A DNA stretch of 64,000 nucleotides from Synechococcus sp. (GTDB lineage Bacteria; Cyanobacteriota; Cyanobacteriia; PCC-6307; Cyanobiaceae), in contig JBJBCN010000002.1 in the NCBI GenBank assembly GCA_047285805.1, positions 608,001-672,000 of the forward strand, read 5' to 3'. The notes below the pieces were generated by a model, which saw nothing but the letters and a program-made list of their open reading frames with translations, had not been told where the DNA came from and ran no database searches. Position 1 is the first letter of the stretch. Each line of letters begins with the position of its first letter. Both the position numbers and the translations under genes were made by a program. Below are positions 1 to 11,854 of the stretch, one piece after another.

Positions 1-7
1 TGCCGAG

Positions 8-1105
8 ATGTTGGGGCCGCTGCTCTTTGGCATCGCTGCCTTCACGGCGGTCTCCCTCTCGGTGGGTGTCGTCTTTGAGTTGGTCCGCAAGGTGGCCGAG
101 GCTGGATTGCCGCTCTGGGCGGCTGGCAAGGTCTTGGCCCTGCGCATGCCAGGGTTCCTGGTGCTGTCGTTCCCCATGGCGACACTGATGGCCACCTTGT
201 TGGCCTTTAGCCGTCTTTCGGGCAGTAGCGAACTGACCGCGCTGCGCAGTATCGGCGTGAAGACCTGGCGGATGGTGTTGCCCGCCTTGGTTCTGGCGTC
301 CTTGATGACGCTGCTGACTTTTCTCTTTAACGACGTCATCGTCCCCAGCGCCAACTATTCGGCCTCGAATGTTCTCGATAGCGCCCTCGGCCGTGCGCTC
401 TCCGCGCAAACCGGCAAGAATGTCGTTTATTCCCGTTTCGGCCGGATCACCCCTAAGGAGCCAGGCGGCAACGCCGGTGAGGGACTGACCCAACTGTTTT
501 ATGCGAAGGAGTACAAGAACGGAGAAATGCAAGGGGTCACCTTGCTCGATTTCTCCCGCGAGGATCAGCAGCAGGTCCTGACGGCGAATACGGCGGTCTG
601 GGATGAGATCCGGGCGATGTGGGAGTTCCGCAATGGCCGCATCCTGAATATCGACGCGGCCAACAACTTCACGACATCGGCCAACTACACGAGTTACTAC
701 TACCCCTTTACCCGGGCCCCGCAGGACGTGGGCATGCTCCCCAGTGATGCTGCTCAGATGACCGTGGCTCAGGCGCGTCGAGCTGAAGCGCTACTGGTTC
801 AGGCGGGTGATCAAAAGGAGGCCCGCCGGCTTCGGGTGCGAATCCAGGAGAAATTTGCCTTCCCGGCGATCTGCCTTGTCTTTGGCTTGATCGGCAGCAG
901 CTTGGGGGTGAGGCCGAATTCCCGAACCAGCCGGAGCCAGGGCTTCGGGATCAGCGTCCTGCTGATCTTTGGCTACTACTTGATGTCCTTTATTTTCAGC
1001 TCCTTGGGCATCAAGGGAACCCTGTATCCCTTTTTCGCCGCCTGGCTGCCCGTCCTGATCGGCTTGGGCGGCGGACTTGTGCTGCTTCGCAAGGCCAGCC
1101 GCTGA
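8..1105 (+). CDS. LptF/LptG (YjgP/YjgQ) family LPS export permease; may start before the window
   Basis: Multi-TM ORF with PFLFG-like N-terminus, RLSGSSELTALRS and QEKFAFP...GFGISVLLIFGYY motifs. Confidence 0.85.
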   Translation: MLGPLLFGIAAFTAVSLSVGVVFELVRKVAEAGLPLWAAGKVLALRMPGFLVLSFPMATLMATLLAFSRLSGSSELTALRSIGVKTWRMVLPALVLASLMTLLTFLFNDVIVPSANYSASNVLDSALGRALSAQTGKNVVYSRFGRITPKEPGGNAGEGLTQLFYAKEYKNGEMQGVTLLDFSREDQQQVLTANTAVWDEIRAMWEFRNGRILNIDAANNFTTSANYTSYYYPFTRAPQDVGMLPSDAAQMTVAQARRAEALLVQAGDQKEARRLRVRIQEKFAFPAICLVFGLIGSSLGVRPNSRTSRSQGFGISVLLIFGYYLMSFIFSSLGIKGTLYPFFAAWLPVLIGLGGGLVLLRKASR

Positions 1106-1114
1106 ATCTCGCAC

Positions 1115-2074
1115 TTGCGCGGCAGACTGGTCAGCATCTTTGACCTCGTCAGCGGTTTCGTGACCGATCCGGTTCTCGCGCTTGGCCTTGCGGCGTTTGC
1201 CCTGCTGCTTCTGGCCCTGCCCCTGTCCTTTTGGAGCGTGAGTGGTGCCGGTAAAGGCAGCACTGTGGTGCGTCTGCTCGTGGCGACGGCCAATCTGGCC
1301 CTGACCGCTCAATTGGTCCTGCGCTGGTGGCAATCGGGCCACTTCCCGATCAGCAACCTCTACGAGTCTCTCTGCTTCCTGGCCTGGGCCTGCACCTTGA
1401 CCCAGCTGCTGGTAGAGCGCACCTACCGCTCACCGCTGGTGGCGGCCTCCGCTACACCTATTGGACTGGGATGCGTGGCATTCGCCTCCTTCGCGCTGCC
1501 CGACCAACTCCAACAGGCCGCTCCCCTGGTTCCGGCTCTGCGTTCGAGTTGGTTGGTGATGCACGTCAGCGTGATCATGGTCAGCTATGCCGCCCTCTTG
1601 GTCGGCTCCCTGCTGTCGATGGCGGTGCTCTTCACTGATCGCGGCGAGGCCTTGGAGCTGCGTAGCAGTTCGATCGGTAGCGGCGGTTTCCGTCAAGCAC
1701 GACTGGCGGCCGATGGTGCTCCGGCCGATCTCTCCCTAAGCAGCGCCGCGTTGTCCTTGAGCGAGCAGCTCGACAGCTTGAGCTATCGCACCATCACCGT
1801 CGGTTTTCTACTGCTTTCGGTTGGCATCGTTAGCGGCGCTGTCTGGGCCAATGAGGCTTGGGGGAGCTGGTGGAGCTGGGACCCGAAGGAAACCTGGGCC
1901 CTGATCTGTTGGCTGGTGTACGCCGCTTATCTGCACACCCGCTTGACACGGGGTTGGCAGGGGCGTCGCCCCGCCCTGGTTGCCGTGGCTGGATTTGTCG
2001 TGATCTGTGTCTGCTACATCGGCGTGAACCTGCTGGGGATTGGCCTGCACAGCTACGGCTGGTTCTTCAGCTAA
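1115..2074 (+). CDS. ccsA: System II cytochrome c biogenesis protein CcsA (also annotated CcsB)
   Basis: [24 protein letters not shown] and WWD domain [18 protein letters not shown]; start uncertain (1115 or ~1160). Confidence 0.93.
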   Translation: MRGRLVSIFDLVSGFVTDPVLALGLAAFALLLLALPLSFWSVSGAGKGSTVVRLLVATANLALTAQLVLRWWQSGHFPISNLYESLCFLAWACTLTQLLVERTYRSPLVAASATPIGLGCVAFASFALPDQLQQAAPLVPALRSSWLVMHVSVIMVSYAALLVGSLLSMAVLFTDRGEALELRSSSIGSGGFRQARLAADGAPADLSLSSAALSLSEQLDSLSYRTITVGFLLLSVGIVSGAVWANEAWGSWWSWDPKETWALICWLVYAAYLHTRLTRGWQGRRPALVAVAGFVVICVCYIGVNLLGIGLHSYGWFFS

Positions 2075-2095
2075 CGCCTGCCGCCAGCACTTGTC

Positions 2096-2127
2096 ACCCA
2101 AAAACCCGGCATGCCGGGTTTTTGGGT
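2096..2127. terminator. Bidirectional intrinsic terminator (32-bp perfect palindrome)
   Basis: ACCCAAAAACCCGGCATGCCGGGTTTTTGGGT between convergent ccsA and rpe. Confidence 0.85.
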
Positions 2128-2142
2128 CAGCCTTGGTTTCAC

Positions 2143-2820
2143 TCAGGGGCGCTTGCTGTTGCGGATGCCGGTGATTGCATCGGCGTAGCTCGGCTGGTTG
2201 AAGACGCCGGAGCCGCTCACGATCGCGTTGGCGCCCGCCTCGATGACCTTCCAGGCGTTATCGGCTTTGATGCCGCCATCGACTTCGATCCAGGGATCGA
2301 GCCCCTTCTCGTCGCACATGCGGCGCAGATCGCGGATCTTTTGGACCTGGCTCTCGATGAAGCTCTGACCACCGAATCCGGGGTTCACGCTCATCACCAA
2401 CACCAGATCGCAAAGCTCGAGGCAGTACTCGAGGGTGTCGATCGGGGTGCTGGGGTTCAGGACTGCGCCGGCCATCTTGCCCAGGTCCTTGATCTGAGCC
2501 AGGTTGCGGTGCAGGTGGGGGCACGCCTCGACCTGCACCGAGATGATGTCAGCACCTGCCTTGGCAAAGTCGGGGACGTACTTCTCGGGCTCGACGATCA
2601 TCAGGTGAACATCGAGGGGCTTCTTGGTCACCGGGCGCAGGGCCTCGACGATCATTGGTCCAATGGTGATGTTCGGCACGAAGCGTCCGTCCATCACATC
2701 CACGTGGATCCAGTCCGCACCGGCCTGATCCACCGCAAGAACGTCTTCACCAAGCCGGGAAAAATCCGCGGAAAGGATGGAGGGGGAGATCACCAGGGAT
2801 TTGGTGCTCATGAAACGCAA
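2143..2820 (-). CDS. rpe: Ribulose-phosphate 3-epimerase
   Basis: [38 protein letters not shown] motifs. Confidence 0.97.
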   Translation of the reverse strand: MRFMSTKSLVISPSILSADFSRLGEDVLAVDQAGADWIHVDVMDGRFVPNITIGPMIVEALRPVTKKPLDVHLMIVEPEKYVPDFAKAGADIISVQVEACPHLHRNLAQIKDLGKMAGAVLNPSTPIDTLEYCLELCDLVLVMSVNPGFGGQSFIESQVQKIRDLRRMCDEKGLDPWIEVDGGIKADNAWKVIEAGANAIVSGSGVFNQPSYADAITGIRNSKRP

Positions 2821-3047
2821 CCGCGGCTGAACAGAGGGAGATTGTAGGAATCGCCAGATCCCCCCTCTAGCCCAGGCACGGCGGCGGGTTCACCGGGTTG
2901 CACTGATACAGTGGGCGGCGCTTAAAGCCCGAGAGGCACTGCTGCTGCTTGACTTCCACTCATTGATTGGCCTCTCGGCCATCAACGGAATGTCCCAGCG
3001 CATCTGCGCCCTCTCAGCGCTTCATCCCTTCCCATCGCCGGACCGCC

Positions 3048-4052
3048 GTGGATCGCACCCTGATTCAAGAAATTCTCGAGGTTGTTGAGCAGGCAGGCAT
3101 TGCTTCCGCCAAGCTCACCGGCATGGGCCTCAAGAATGAGGCAGACGCAGCCGCCGTGGAGGCGATGCGTGAACGCATGTACAAGATCCAGATGCAGGGC
3201 CGCATCGTGATCGGTGAGGGTGAGCGCGACGAAGCTCCCATGCTTTACATCGGTGAAGAAGTGGGCAGCGGCACTGGCCCTGGCGTCGACTTCGCTGTGG
3301 ACCCCTGCGAAGGCACCAACCTGTGCGCCAACAGCCAGCGTGGCTCCATGGCCGTTCTAGCTGCTTCCGACCGCGGTGGTCTCTTCAATGCTCCTGACTT
3401 CTACATGAAGAAGCTGGCTGCACCCCCGGCTGCCAAGGGCAAGGTGGACATCAATAAGTCCGCCACCGAGAACATCAAGATCCTCAGCGAGTGCCTCGGC
3501 CTTCCCGCTGAAGAGCTTGTGATCGTAGTCATGGATCGCGCCCGCCATAAGGACCTGATCAAGGAAATCCGCGCCACCGGCGCTCGTGTTCAGCCCATCT
3601 CCGACGGCGACGTTCAAGCCGCCATCGCTTGTGGCTTCGCCGGCACCGGCACCCACTGCCTGATGGGCATTGGTGCTGCTCCCGAAGGCGTGATTTCTGC
3701 CGCAGCCCTGCGCGCTCTGGGTGGTCACTTCCAGGGGCAACTGGTTTATGACCCCGCTGTGGCTCAGACCTCTGAGTGGGAAGGCCTGACCAAGGAAGGC
3801 AACCTGGCCCGCCTGGCAGAAATGGGCATCACCGATCCCGACCGCGTTTACGAAGCCAACGAGCTTGCTTGCGGTGAGAACGTTGTGTTCGCTGCCACCG
3901 GCATCACCGACGGCCTGCTCTTCGATGGCGTCAAGTTCGAGAAGGACTGCACCCGCACCAGCTCTTTGGTGATTAGTACGCTCGACAACACTGCCCGTTT
4001 CACCACGACGGTGCACATAAAGGACGGCGCCCAGAGCATCGCTCTGCGCTGA
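3048..4052 (+). CDS. glpX: Class II fructose-1,6-/sedoheptulose-1,7-bisphosphatase
   Basis: [15 protein letters not shown] and DPCEGT motifs; GTG start at 3048 (MDRTLIQE). Confidence 0.96.
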   Translation: MDRTLIQEILEVVEQAGIASAKLTGMGLKNEADAAAVEAMRERMYKIQMQGRIVIGEGERDEAPMLYIGEEVGSGTGPGVDFAVDPCEGTNLCANSQRGSMAVLAASDRGGLFNAPDFYMKKLAAPPAAKGKVDINKSATENIKILSECLGLPAEELVIVVMDRARHKDLIKEIRATGARVQPISDGDVQAAIACGFAGTGTHCLMGIGAAPEGVISAAALRALGGHFQGQLVYDPAVAQTSEWEGLTKEGNLARLAEMGITDPDRVYEANELACGENVVFAATGITDGLLFDGVKFEKDCTRTSSLVISTLDNTARFTTTVHIKDGAQSIALR

Positions 4053-4070
4053 TTGCTCGATCAGACCAGG

Positions 4071-4104
4071 CCGGGTCTTCTCATGGAGGCCCGGATCTCT
4101 TTTT
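4071..4104 (+). terminator. Stem-loop, likely terminator after glpX
   Basis: CCGGGTCTTC-TCAT-GGAGGCCCGG stem followed by a short T tract. Confidence 0.5.
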
Positions 4105-4139
4105 CGCCGTTCTCGCCGCGCACCCCAGGGTCAACCTTC

Positions 4140-5444
4140 ATGCACATCGCCGTCGTCGGACTCAGTCACCGAACGGCCCCGGTTGAGATCCGGGAACGTC
4201 TCAGCATTGCTGAGCAGAGCATGGAGGATTCCCTCCAGCGCCTGCGGGCGGATGAACAGGTCCTCGAGGCTTCGATCCTCAGCACCTGCAACCGACTTGA
4301 GATCTACACCTTGCTTCGCAACCCTGAGCAGGGGGTTTCAGCGGTTGGCAGCTTTCTTTCCCAGCATTCCGGGCTTGAGCTCTCTGAGCTCATGCCCCAC
4401 CTGTTCGCTTACCACCACGAAGAAGCGATCGGCCACCTGATGCGTGTGGCAGCGGGTCTCGACTCGCTCGTCTTGGGGGAGGGTCAGATCCTCTCCCAGG
4501 TCAAAAAGATGTACCGACTGGGCCAAGAGCATCGCTCGATCGGCCCGATCCTGAATCGTCTGCTCAATCAGGCTGTCAGCACCGGTAAGCGGGTTCGTTC
4601 GGAGACCAACCTGGGCACGGGTGCGGTCTCCATCAGTTCTGCGGCCGTCGAGCTGGCCCAGCTCAAGGTGGGTCAGGCCCGCGGTATTGATGATCTTGTT
4701 CCCCTGGATCAAGAACAGATTGCCGTGGTGGGTGCGGGTCGAATGGCTCGACTTCTGCTCCAGCACCTTCAGGCCAAGGGGGCCAGCGGTGTCGTTTTGC
4801 TGAACCGCACTGTGTCACGGGCAGAAGAGATGGCTGTGGATTTTCCGGGTCTCCCTGTTCAGTGCCGTCCCCTCAGCGATCTCAACCATTGCCTGAGCAC
4901 TTGCTCACTGGTCTTTACCAGTACAGGAGCTGACGATCCGATCATCACGGCTGAGCGCCTGACTCAGCTCAATCGACGATCCTCGTTGATGTTGATGGAC
5001 ATCGGTGTCCCCAGGAACATATCCGCCGATGTTGCGGAGCTGAGCGGGATTGCTTCGTACGACGTCGACGATCTCCAGGAGGTAGTCGCCCGCAACCAGG
5101 AAGCTCGACGCGAGATTGCCGCTGAAGCGGAGGGGATGCTCCAACAGGAGGGCAAACAATTCATCGAGTGGTGGGATGGACTTGAGGCTGTTCCGGTGGC
5201 CAATCGTCTGAGGACCCAACTCGAGGAGATTCGTGAGCAGGAACTGCAAAAGGCCTTGAGTCGGATGGGTCCTGATCTTTCCGCCCGCGAGCGCAAGGTC
5301 GTCGAGGCGCTGAGCAAGGGGATCATCAACAAAATCCTGCACGGACCGGTCACAAAACTGCGGGCACCCCAGCCGCGTCAGCAGCGCCATCAGGCGATGA
5401 AAGTCGTTCAAGAGCTGTTCGATCTCGACGAGCTTCAGGCTTGA
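4140..5444 (+). CDS. hemA: Glutamyl-tRNA reductase
   Basis: GLSHRTAPVEIRE, LSTCNRLEIY, GLDSLVLGEGQILSQVK; ATG at 4140. Confidence 0.97.
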   Translation: MHIAVVGLSHRTAPVEIRERLSIAEQSMEDSLQRLRADEQVLEASILSTCNRLEIYTLLRNPEQGVSAVGSFLSQHSGLELSELMPHLFAYHHEEAIGHLMRVAAGLDSLVLGEGQILSQVKKMYRLGQEHRSIGPILNRLLNQAVSTGKRVRSETNLGTGAVSISSAAVELAQLKVGQARGIDDLVPLDQEQIAVVGAGRMARLLLQHLQAKGASGVVLLNRTVSRAEEMAVDFPGLPVQCRPLSDLNHCLSTCSLVFTSTGADDPIITAERLTQLNRRSSLMLMDIGVPRNISADVAELSGIASYDVDDLQEVVARNQEARREIAAEAEGMLQQEGKQFIEWWDGLEAVPVANRLRTQLEEIREQELQKALSRMGPDLSARERKVVEALSKGIINKILHGPVTKLRAPQPRQQRHQAMKVVQELFDLDELQA

Positions 5445-5581
5445 TTTCCTCTTTCTTTGACAGGTCCAATGGGCTCGCCCACGCAATCCCGTACGAATTC
5501 CCGCCAATGTGCTTCAAAAGCCTCGGAGCCGCCTCAAGAATCGCTTAACGTCTCCGTGCTTTAAAGGCGAAGAGGGAAGCG

Positions 5582-6877
5582 ATGAAGCGCGTTCTGGCGA
5601 TCATTCTGGGCGGTGGAGCAGGCACCCGCCTCTACCCTCTGACCAAGATGCGGGCCAAGCCCGCTGTGCCACTGGCTGGCAAGTATCGACTGATTGATAT
5701 CCCCATCAGCAACTGCATCAACTCGGACATCAACAAGATGTACGTATTGACTCAGTTCAACAGTGCGTCACTGAATCGCCACCTGAGCCAGAGCTACAAC
5801 CTCTCTTCTGGCTTTGGCCAAGGTTTTGTGGAGGTATTGGCGGCCCAGCAGACCCCTGAGAGCCCCAGCTGGTTCGAGGGCACGGCTGATGCTGTGCGCA
5901 AGTATCAGTGGCTATTCCAAGAGTGGGATGTCGACCACTACCTGATCCTCTCCGGTGACCAGCTCTACCGGATGGACTACAGCGAGTTCGTCAATCACCA
6001 CATCGCCACCCGCGCTGATGTCAGCATCGGCGCCCTGCCGGTGGATGCCCCCCAGGCGGAAGCCTTCGGCCTGATGCACACCGATGAGAAAGGTAAGATC
6101 CGCGAGTTTCGTGAGAAGCCCAAGGGTGAGGCGCTCAAGGAGATGTGGGTAGATACGTCTCGTCTGGGTCTCTCCGCAGAGCAAGCCGAGAAGCGCCCCT
6201 ACCTGGCCTCGATGGGGATCTATGTCTTCAGTCGCGAGACCCTGTTTGACCTGCTGGCCAAGAACCCCTCCGCCACCGACTTCGGCAAGGAGCTGATCCC
6301 GGCAGCCCTCGAGCGTGGTGACCACATTCAGAGCTATCTCTTCGATGACTACTGGGAAGACATCGGAACCATCGGTGCCTTCTATGAGGCCAACTTGGCT
6401 CTGACCGACCAGCCGAATCCGGCCTTCTCCTTCTACGAGGAGTCCTTTCCGATCTACACCCGTCCGCGCTACCTGCCCCCCAGCAAGTTGCTGGACTCCC
6501 AGGTCACCCAATCGATCATTGGCGAGGGCTCGATCCTCAAGTCCTGCAGCATTCACCACTGCGTTCTCGGCGTACGCAGCCGCGTTGAAGAGGACGCCGT
6601 CCTGCAGGACACTCTGGTGATGGGTAACGACTTCTTTGAGTCCCCCTCCGATCGCGACGCTCTGCGTCAACGGGGCGGAACCCCTGTGGGCGTTGGCCGT
6701 GGAACGACCGTGAAGCGCGCCATCCTCGACAAGAACGTCCGCATTGGCGACAACGTCACCATCGTCAACAAGGACCATGTCGAGGAGGCTGACCGCCCTG
6801 AGCACGGCTTCTACATCCGCAACGGCATCGTGGTTGTCGTGAAGAACGCCACCATCCCTGATAACACCGTCATCTGA
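5582..6877 (+). CDS. glgC: Glucose-1-phosphate adenylyltransferase
   Basis: [31 protein letters not shown]. Confidence 0.98.
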   Translation: MKRVLAIILGGGAGTRLYPLTKMRAKPAVPLAGKYRLIDIPISNCINSDINKMYVLTQFNSASLNRHLSQSYNLSSGFGQGFVEVLAAQQTPESPSWFEGTADAVRKYQWLFQEWDVDHYLILSGDQLYRMDYSEFVNHHIATRADVSIGALPVDAPQAEAFGLMHTDEKGKIREFREKPKGEALKEMWVDTSRLGLSAEQAEKRPYLASMGIYVFSRETLFDLLAKNPSATDFGKELIPAALERGDHIQSYLFDDYWEDIGTIGAFYEANLALTDQPNPAFSFYEESFPIYTRPRYLPPSKLLDSQVTQSIIGEGSILKSCSIHHCVLGVRSRVEEDAVLQDTLVMGNDFFESPSDRDALRQRGGTPVGVGRGTTVKRAILDKNVRIGDNVTIVNKDHVEEADRPEHGFYIRNGIVVVVKNATIPDNTVI

Positions 6878-6900
6878 TCCGAACATTTCTGACGCGTTCT

Positions 6901-6929
6901 CTCCCTGGTCCGCTGGGGAGTTTTTTTTT
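6901..6929 (+). terminator. Intrinsic terminator after glgC
   Basis: CTCCCTGG-TCCG-CTGGGGAG stem followed by T9. Confidence 0.8.
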
Positions 6930-7020
6930 GCTCATTCGTCGTGTTTCAGTGTTCGCCAACAACGGTCCCCGCCGCTGCAGGACGTCGCCACACTGTTGAT
7001 ATTGGACACCTCAACGCTCC

Positions 7021-8439
7021 ATGGACAAGGCCCATTTCGGCTTGATCGGTCTCGGCGTGATGGGCGAGAACCTGGTTCTCAACGCCGAACGCAATGGTTT
7101 CTCGAGCGTGGTCTACAACCGCACCTACGCCAAGACCGAAGAATTCCTCGCTGGTCTTGGAGCGGGCAAGAACATTGTTGGTTCCTCCAGCCTGGAGGAT
7201 TTTGTGAGCAGGCTCCAGCACCCGCGTCGGATCTTGATGATGGTCAAGGCCGGTCCGGCGGTGGATGCGGTCATTCAAGAAATCTCTCCCTATCTCGAAG
7301 CGGGTGATCTTTTGATAGATGGTGGAAACTCGGAATATCACGACACCGAGCGCCGCGTCGCCGAGCTAGAGAGCAAGAGTTTCGGCTTCATCGGCATGGG
7401 CGTCTCGGGTGGTGCCAAGGGAGCACTCGAGGGGCCAAGCATGATGCCCGGCGGCACCAAGTCCTCCTATGACGCCATCGAGAGCCTGGTCTGCAAGATG
7501 GCCGCCCAGGTCGAGGACGGTCCTTGTGTCACTTACATCGGTCCAGGCGGTTCCGGTCACTTCGTCAAGACCGTCCACAACGGGATTGAGTACGGGATCG
7601 AGCAGATCCTTGCGGAGGCCTACGATCTGCTCAAGCGGGTGGGGGACCAGAACGGCACCCAGATGGCGGACATCTTCCGCCATTGGAACAGCACCGAGGA
7701 GTTGGCCTCCTACCTGGTGGAGATAACCGAGGTATGCCTGCGCACGAAGGACACAAATGACGGTAGCGATCTGGTGGAGAAGATTGTCGACCAAGCTGGT
7801 CAGAAGGGCACTGGCCTTTGGACTGTCGTGAGTGCCCTGCAGATGGGGGCACCGGTGCCAACGATTTATGCCGCCTTGAATGGCCGCGTGATGAGCTCGA
7901 TCAAGTCCCAGCGCATCGAGGCTGAGGCCATCCTCCAGGGACCGGCTGTTAAAGCGTTCGATCTCGTTAATCCCGCCGATGGGAGCGGCCCGCTGATGGA
8001 TGCCGTCGTCCTGGCCTGCATGGCGAGCTATGCCCAGGGAATGGAACTGCTGCGGATCGCCTCCGCCGAGCACGACTACAACCTCAATATGCCCTCCATC
8101 GCTCAGATCTGGAAGGGGGGATGCATCATCCGCGCACGCCTGCTCAAGCGCATCCAGAACGCCTTTAACGCCAATCCCCAGCTGGAGAACCTGCTGATCG
8201 ATCCCTGGTTTGCCGACCAGGTGAACCGTCGCCTGCCAGGTCTGGCCAAGGTCGTTGCTGGTGCAGCTGAAGCGGGGATCCCGGTTCCGTGCCTGAGCAG
8301 CACTCTGGACTACATCAACAGCTATCGCACTGCTCGTCTGCCCCAGAACCTTGTTCAGGCGATGCGGGATTGCTTCGGCTCCCACACCTATCAGCGTGTG
8401 GATCAAGAGGGGACCTTCCACACCGAATGGCTCGATTGA
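7021..8439 (+). CDS. gnd: 6-phosphogluconate dehydrogenase (decarboxylating)
   Basis: GLIGLGVMG, VKTVHNGIEYG, QAMRDCFGSHTY. Confidence 0.97.
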   Translation: MDKAHFGLIGLGVMGENLVLNAERNGFSSVVYNRTYAKTEEFLAGLGAGKNIVGSSSLEDFVSRLQHPRRILMMVKAGPAVDAVIQEISPYLEAGDLLIDGGNSEYHDTERRVAELESKSFGFIGMGVSGGAKGALEGPSMMPGGTKSSYDAIESLVCKMAAQVEDGPCVTYIGPGGSGHFVKTVHNGIEYGIEQILAEAYDLLKRVGDQNGTQMADIFRHWNSTEELASYLVEITEVCLRTKDTNDGSDLVEKIVDQAGQKGTGLWTVVSALQMGAPVPTIYAALNGRVMSSIKSQRIEAEAILQGPAVKAFDLVNPADGSGPLMDAVVLACMASYAQGMELLRIASAEHDYNLNMPSIAQIWKGGCIIRARLLKRIQNAFNANPQLENLLIDPWFADQVNRRLPGLAKVVAGAAEAGIPVPCLSSTLDYINSYRTARLPQNLVQAMRDCFGSHTYQRVDQEGTFHTEWLD

Positions 8440-8443
8440 GGTC

Positions 8444-9175
8444 ATGGTGATGACCACTTATCGGATTAAACGCGCTCGGGATTCCCAGGACCTGGCGCGG
8501 ATAGCGGCCCAGACGATCGCTTCCTATCTTGACCTCGCCCTCGACCAACGGGATCGGGCACAACTCGCCCTCTCCGGTGGCAGCACCCCTGCGGTTGCCT
8601 ATGGCCTTCTGGGTCAGGAGCACCTGCCGTGGGAACGTGTCGATGTCTTTCTCGGCGATGAGCGCTGGGTCGATGCGGATGATGCCTCTAGCAATGCCCG
8701 GATGCTGCGCCAGACCCTTCTCAAGCAAGGTCCGGGAAGCCATGCGGCATTCCATCCCGTCCCGACGGTGACTCTGCCGACACCTGATGAGAGTGCCGCC
8801 GCATTTCAGGCCGCCATCGAGAAGGTCTGTCCTGGGGAGCCACCGATCTTTGACTTGATGGTGCTCGGTCTGGGGGAAGACGGCCACACGGCCTCCCTCT
8901 TTCCAGGCACTGAGGCACCGACGGTCACCGATCGCTGGACCGCCGTTGGCCGTGGCAAGGGCCTTGAGCGCATCACGTTGACCGCTCCGGTTCTCAGCGC
9001 ATCCCGCCAGGTGATCTTTTTGGTGAGTGGTGCAGGGAAGGCCGAGGCGCTAGCCCGTCTTCTGGATCCCGCCGAATCCCCCCAGAGGACTCCAGCCAAG
9101 TTGGTGACTCCCCACACCGAGGTCCTGGTGTTGGCCGATGAGGACTCGCTCGCCGGAGATATTGCGTCAGGCTGA
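8444..9175 (+). CDS. pgl: 6-phosphogluconolactonase
   Basis: LSGGSTP, GDERWV, LGLGEDGHTASLFP; follows gnd. Confidence 0.95.
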   Translation: MVMTTYRIKRARDSQDLARIAAQTIASYLDLALDQRDRAQLALSGGSTPAVAYGLLGQEHLPWERVDVFLGDERWVDADDASSNARMLRQTLLKQGPGSHAAFHPVPTVTLPTPDESAAAFQAAIEKVCPGEPPIFDLMVLGLGEDGHTASLFPGTEAPTVTDRWTAVGRGKGLERITLTAPVLSASRQVIFLVSGAGKAEALARLLDPAESPQRTPAKLVTPHTEVLVLADEDSLAGDIASG

Positions 9176-9200
9176 TGTCATGTTCCTCTGGATCGCGTGA

Positions 9201-9752
9201 ATGGTTGCCCCGCTGGTGCTCGCGTCTGGAAATGATTTCCCGGGCTGGCAGTCCCTGAACGACACCATCATGGGTGGCCGAAGTCAAGGGGAGTGCACGG
9301 CCACCCATGATGGGTTGCTGATGGAGGCCATTGTCGAGCAGGAGGGAGGTGGCTTTGTCAGTTGCCGTTCACCGGTCTTAGAGCCGGCTCGCGATCTCTC
9401 TTCCTACGGTGCCCTCGAGCTTCAACTCGATGGGGATGGGCGTCGTTACAAACTCGCCATCGCCAGCCGGGATGGGGTCGGCGGTCTGACCGAGCTGATT
9501 CCCGGGGGCCTCCGCTGGGTTGCTGAGTTCTCAACTAGACCCAATGGCACCTCTGTCGTGAAGATTCCGTTCAATCGACTCACCCCAAGTGTTCGTGCGA
9601 CCCCCGTTGGCTTTCCGCTTCGTTTTGACCCGCGAGCGGTCACGCGGATCCAGGTGCTCCACTCCAAGTTTGGCGACTTAGGAGGTCGCAACCCTGGGTT
9701 CAGACCAGGCCCTCTGCGCCTCTTAATCCGCTCTATTCATGCGGTGGCCTAA
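9201..9752 (+). CDS. CIA30 family protein
   Basis: WQSLNDTIMGGRS, GGGFVSCRS, GDGRRYKL motifs. Confidence 0.85.
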   Translation: MVAPLVLASGNDFPGWQSLNDTIMGGRSQGECTATHDGLLMEAIVEQEGGGFVSCRSPVLEPARDLSSYGALELQLDGDGRRYKLAIASRDGVGGLTELIPGGLRWVAEFSTRPNGTSVVKIPFNRLTPSVRATPVGFPLRFDPRAVTRIQVLHSKFGDLGGRNPGFRPGPLRLLIRSIHAVA

Positions 9753-9755
9753 CGA

Positions 9756-10139
9756 ATGGACGTTGAACCTCTGCTCAGTGAATTGGCGAAGGCGGCCGAT
9801 GTCTGCCTGAAGCCTTATCGCTATGCCCTTCGCTTCAGCGGTGAGCCCCCAGCCAAGGTGGGCGACTGCAGCGACTGTTGCCTGCTGATCGAGGCCCGTG
9901 ATGCCGAGGGTGTCCGTCACCCTGACCGAGATCTGGAGCTGGAAATCTACCGGAGTGGTGAGGAGTTGAACCTCATGCTGAGCATGGTGGCCGACGAGGA
10001 GGCGCCGATGCTCTGGCATGGCAGCCACCCCGTCTGGATGCAATCGAACTCCGGGGAACGCTGTGAGCGTCCCAGCGCCGGGGCCCCCCTCGAGGCCCTC
10101 TGCCGGCGCATCCGCGCCTTGATCGCCGGGGAGGCCTAG
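9756..10139 (+). CDS. Conserved hypothetical protein
   Basis: In operon context; [14 protein letters not shown] pattern typical of picocyanobacterial hypothetical proteins. Confidence 0.75.
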   Translation: MDVEPLLSELAKAADVCLKPYRYALRFSGEPPAKVGDCSDCCLLIEARDAEGVRHPDRDLELEIYRSGEELNLMLSMVADEEAPMLWHGSHPVWMQSNSGERCERPSAGAPLEALCRRIRALIAGEA

Positions 10140-11812
10140 AGGTCAGGCTGGTCCGTCACCGCACCCTTGCTGCTGGAGCTCACGAGCCGTGCGTATTTGC
10201 CCAGCACACCGGTGCGGTAGCGCAGCTCGGGCTTGGTCCAGGCGGTGCGACGGGCGGCCAATTCGGCCCCGTCCACGTTCAGCTGAATTAACAGCTGGTT
10301 GGCATCCACCGTGATGCTGTCCCCTTCTTGAATCAGACCAATCGTTCCTCCCACGGCGGCTTCAGGGGCGACGTGGCCGATGACGAGGCCATAAGAACCG
10401 CCCGAGAAGCGACCATCGGTGATCAGGGCCACCTTGTCGAGCAGGCCCTGGCCCACGATCGCGGAGGTCGGGGAGAGCATTTCTCGCATTCCCGGTCCAC
10501 CGACCGGTCCCTCGTTGCGGACAACCACCACATCGCCGGCGTTGATCTGCTTATCGAGGATCGCGTCGAGGCAGGTCTCTTCGCTCTCGAAAACCCGAGC
10601 GGGTCCAGTGATCACGGGGTTCTTGACGCCACTGATCTTGGCCACGGCACCCTCTTGGGCCAGGTTGCCTTTGAGAATCGCCAGGTGCCCCTTCGCATAG
10701 AGGGGGTTGCTCAGGGGCCGGATGACGTCTTGGTCGGCGGCAGGCACGGACGGCACATCAGCCAGCAGTTCATGCAGCGTCTTGCCTTCGATCGTTAGGC
10801 AATCGCCATGCAGCAGACCGGCATCCAGCAGCAGCTTCATCACCTGAGGGATGCCACCAGCCTGGTGAAGATCGACGGTCACATAACGGCCACTCGGTTT
10901 GAGATCGCAGATCACCGGAACGCGCTGGCGGATGCGCTCGAAGTCATCGATGCTCAGCTCCACCCCAGCGGTGCGTGCAATGGCCAAGAGGTGCAGCACG
11001 GAATTCGTGGATCCGCCCACGGCCATGATCACGCTGATGGCGTTCTCAAAGGCTTCCCGGGTCAGCAGATCCCGGGGGCGAATGTTGGCATTGATGGCCT
11101 CGACAAGAACCTCAGCACTCCGAGCTGCGCTGTCCGCTTTTTCGGGATCCTCGGCCGCCATGGTTGAGCTGTAGGGCAGGCTCAAACCCATGGTTTCGAT
11201 GGCCGCACTCATCGTGTTGGCCGTGAACATACCTCCACAGCTGCCTGCCCCTGGGCAGGCATTCTTCTCGATTTCGGTGAGACGCTCCTCGTCTATTTGG
11301 CCGCTGGTCAGCTGACCGACTGCCTCAAAAGCGCTGACCACTGTCAGATCGCAGCCGCCCAGTTTTCCGGGTTTGATCGTGCCGCCATAGACGAATACCG
11401 ATGGAATATTCATGCGCGCCATCGCCAACATTGCGCCGGGCATGTTCTTGTCGCAGCCGCCGACAGCCAGCACGCCGTCCATCGACTCGCCATTGCAGGC
11501 GGTCTCGATGGCGTCGGCGATGACTTCGCGGCTCACCAGGGAGTACTTCATCCCCTCGGTACCCATCGAAATACCGTCGCTGACGGTGATGGTGCCGAAC
11601 ATCTGAGGCATCGCCCCGGCCCCCAGAGCGGCCTGTTCGGCCCGTCGTGCCAGGTCGTTAAGGCCGATGTTGCATGGCGTGATAGTGCTGTAGCCGTTGG
11701 CGATGCCAATGATCGGCTTGTTGAAGTCAGCGTCTCCGAAACCGACAGCCCGCAACATGGCACGGTTGGGTGAGCGCTGAATGCCCTGGGTAATCGCGGC
11801 GGAGCGGAGCAT
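10136..11812 (-). CDS. ilvD: Dihydroxy-acid dehydratase
   Basis: [40 protein letters not shown]. Confidence 0.97.
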   Translation of the reverse strand: MLRSAAITQGIQRSPNRAMLRAVGFGDADFNKPIIGIANGYSTITPCNIGLNDLARRAEQAALGAGAMPQMFGTITVSDGISMGTEGMKYSLVSREVIADAIETACNGESMDGVLAVGGCDKNMPGAMLAMARMNIPSVFVYGGTIKPGKLGGCDLTVVSAFEAVGQLTSGQIDEERLTEIEKNACPGAGSCGGMFTANTMSAAIETMGLSLPYSSTMAAEDPEKADSAARSAEVLVEAINANIRPRDLLTREAFENAISVIMAVGGSTNSVLHLLAIARTAGVELSIDDFERIRQRVPVICDLKPSGRYVTVDLHQAGGIPQVMKLLLDAGLLHGDCLTIEGKTLHELLADVPSVPAADQDVIRPLSNPLYAKGHLAILKGNLAQEGAVAKISGVKNPVITGPARVFESEETCLDAILDKQINAGDVVVVRNEGPVGGPGMREMLSPTSAIVGQGLLDKVALITDGRFSGGSYGLVIGHVAPEAAVGGTIGLIQEGDSITVDANQLLIQLNVDGAELAARRTAWTKPELRYRTGVLGKYARLVSSSSKGAVTDQPDL

Positions 11813-11854
11813 GGCTGCTGCGTTGTCTACCCAGCAACCTACCGAGGAACCTGA

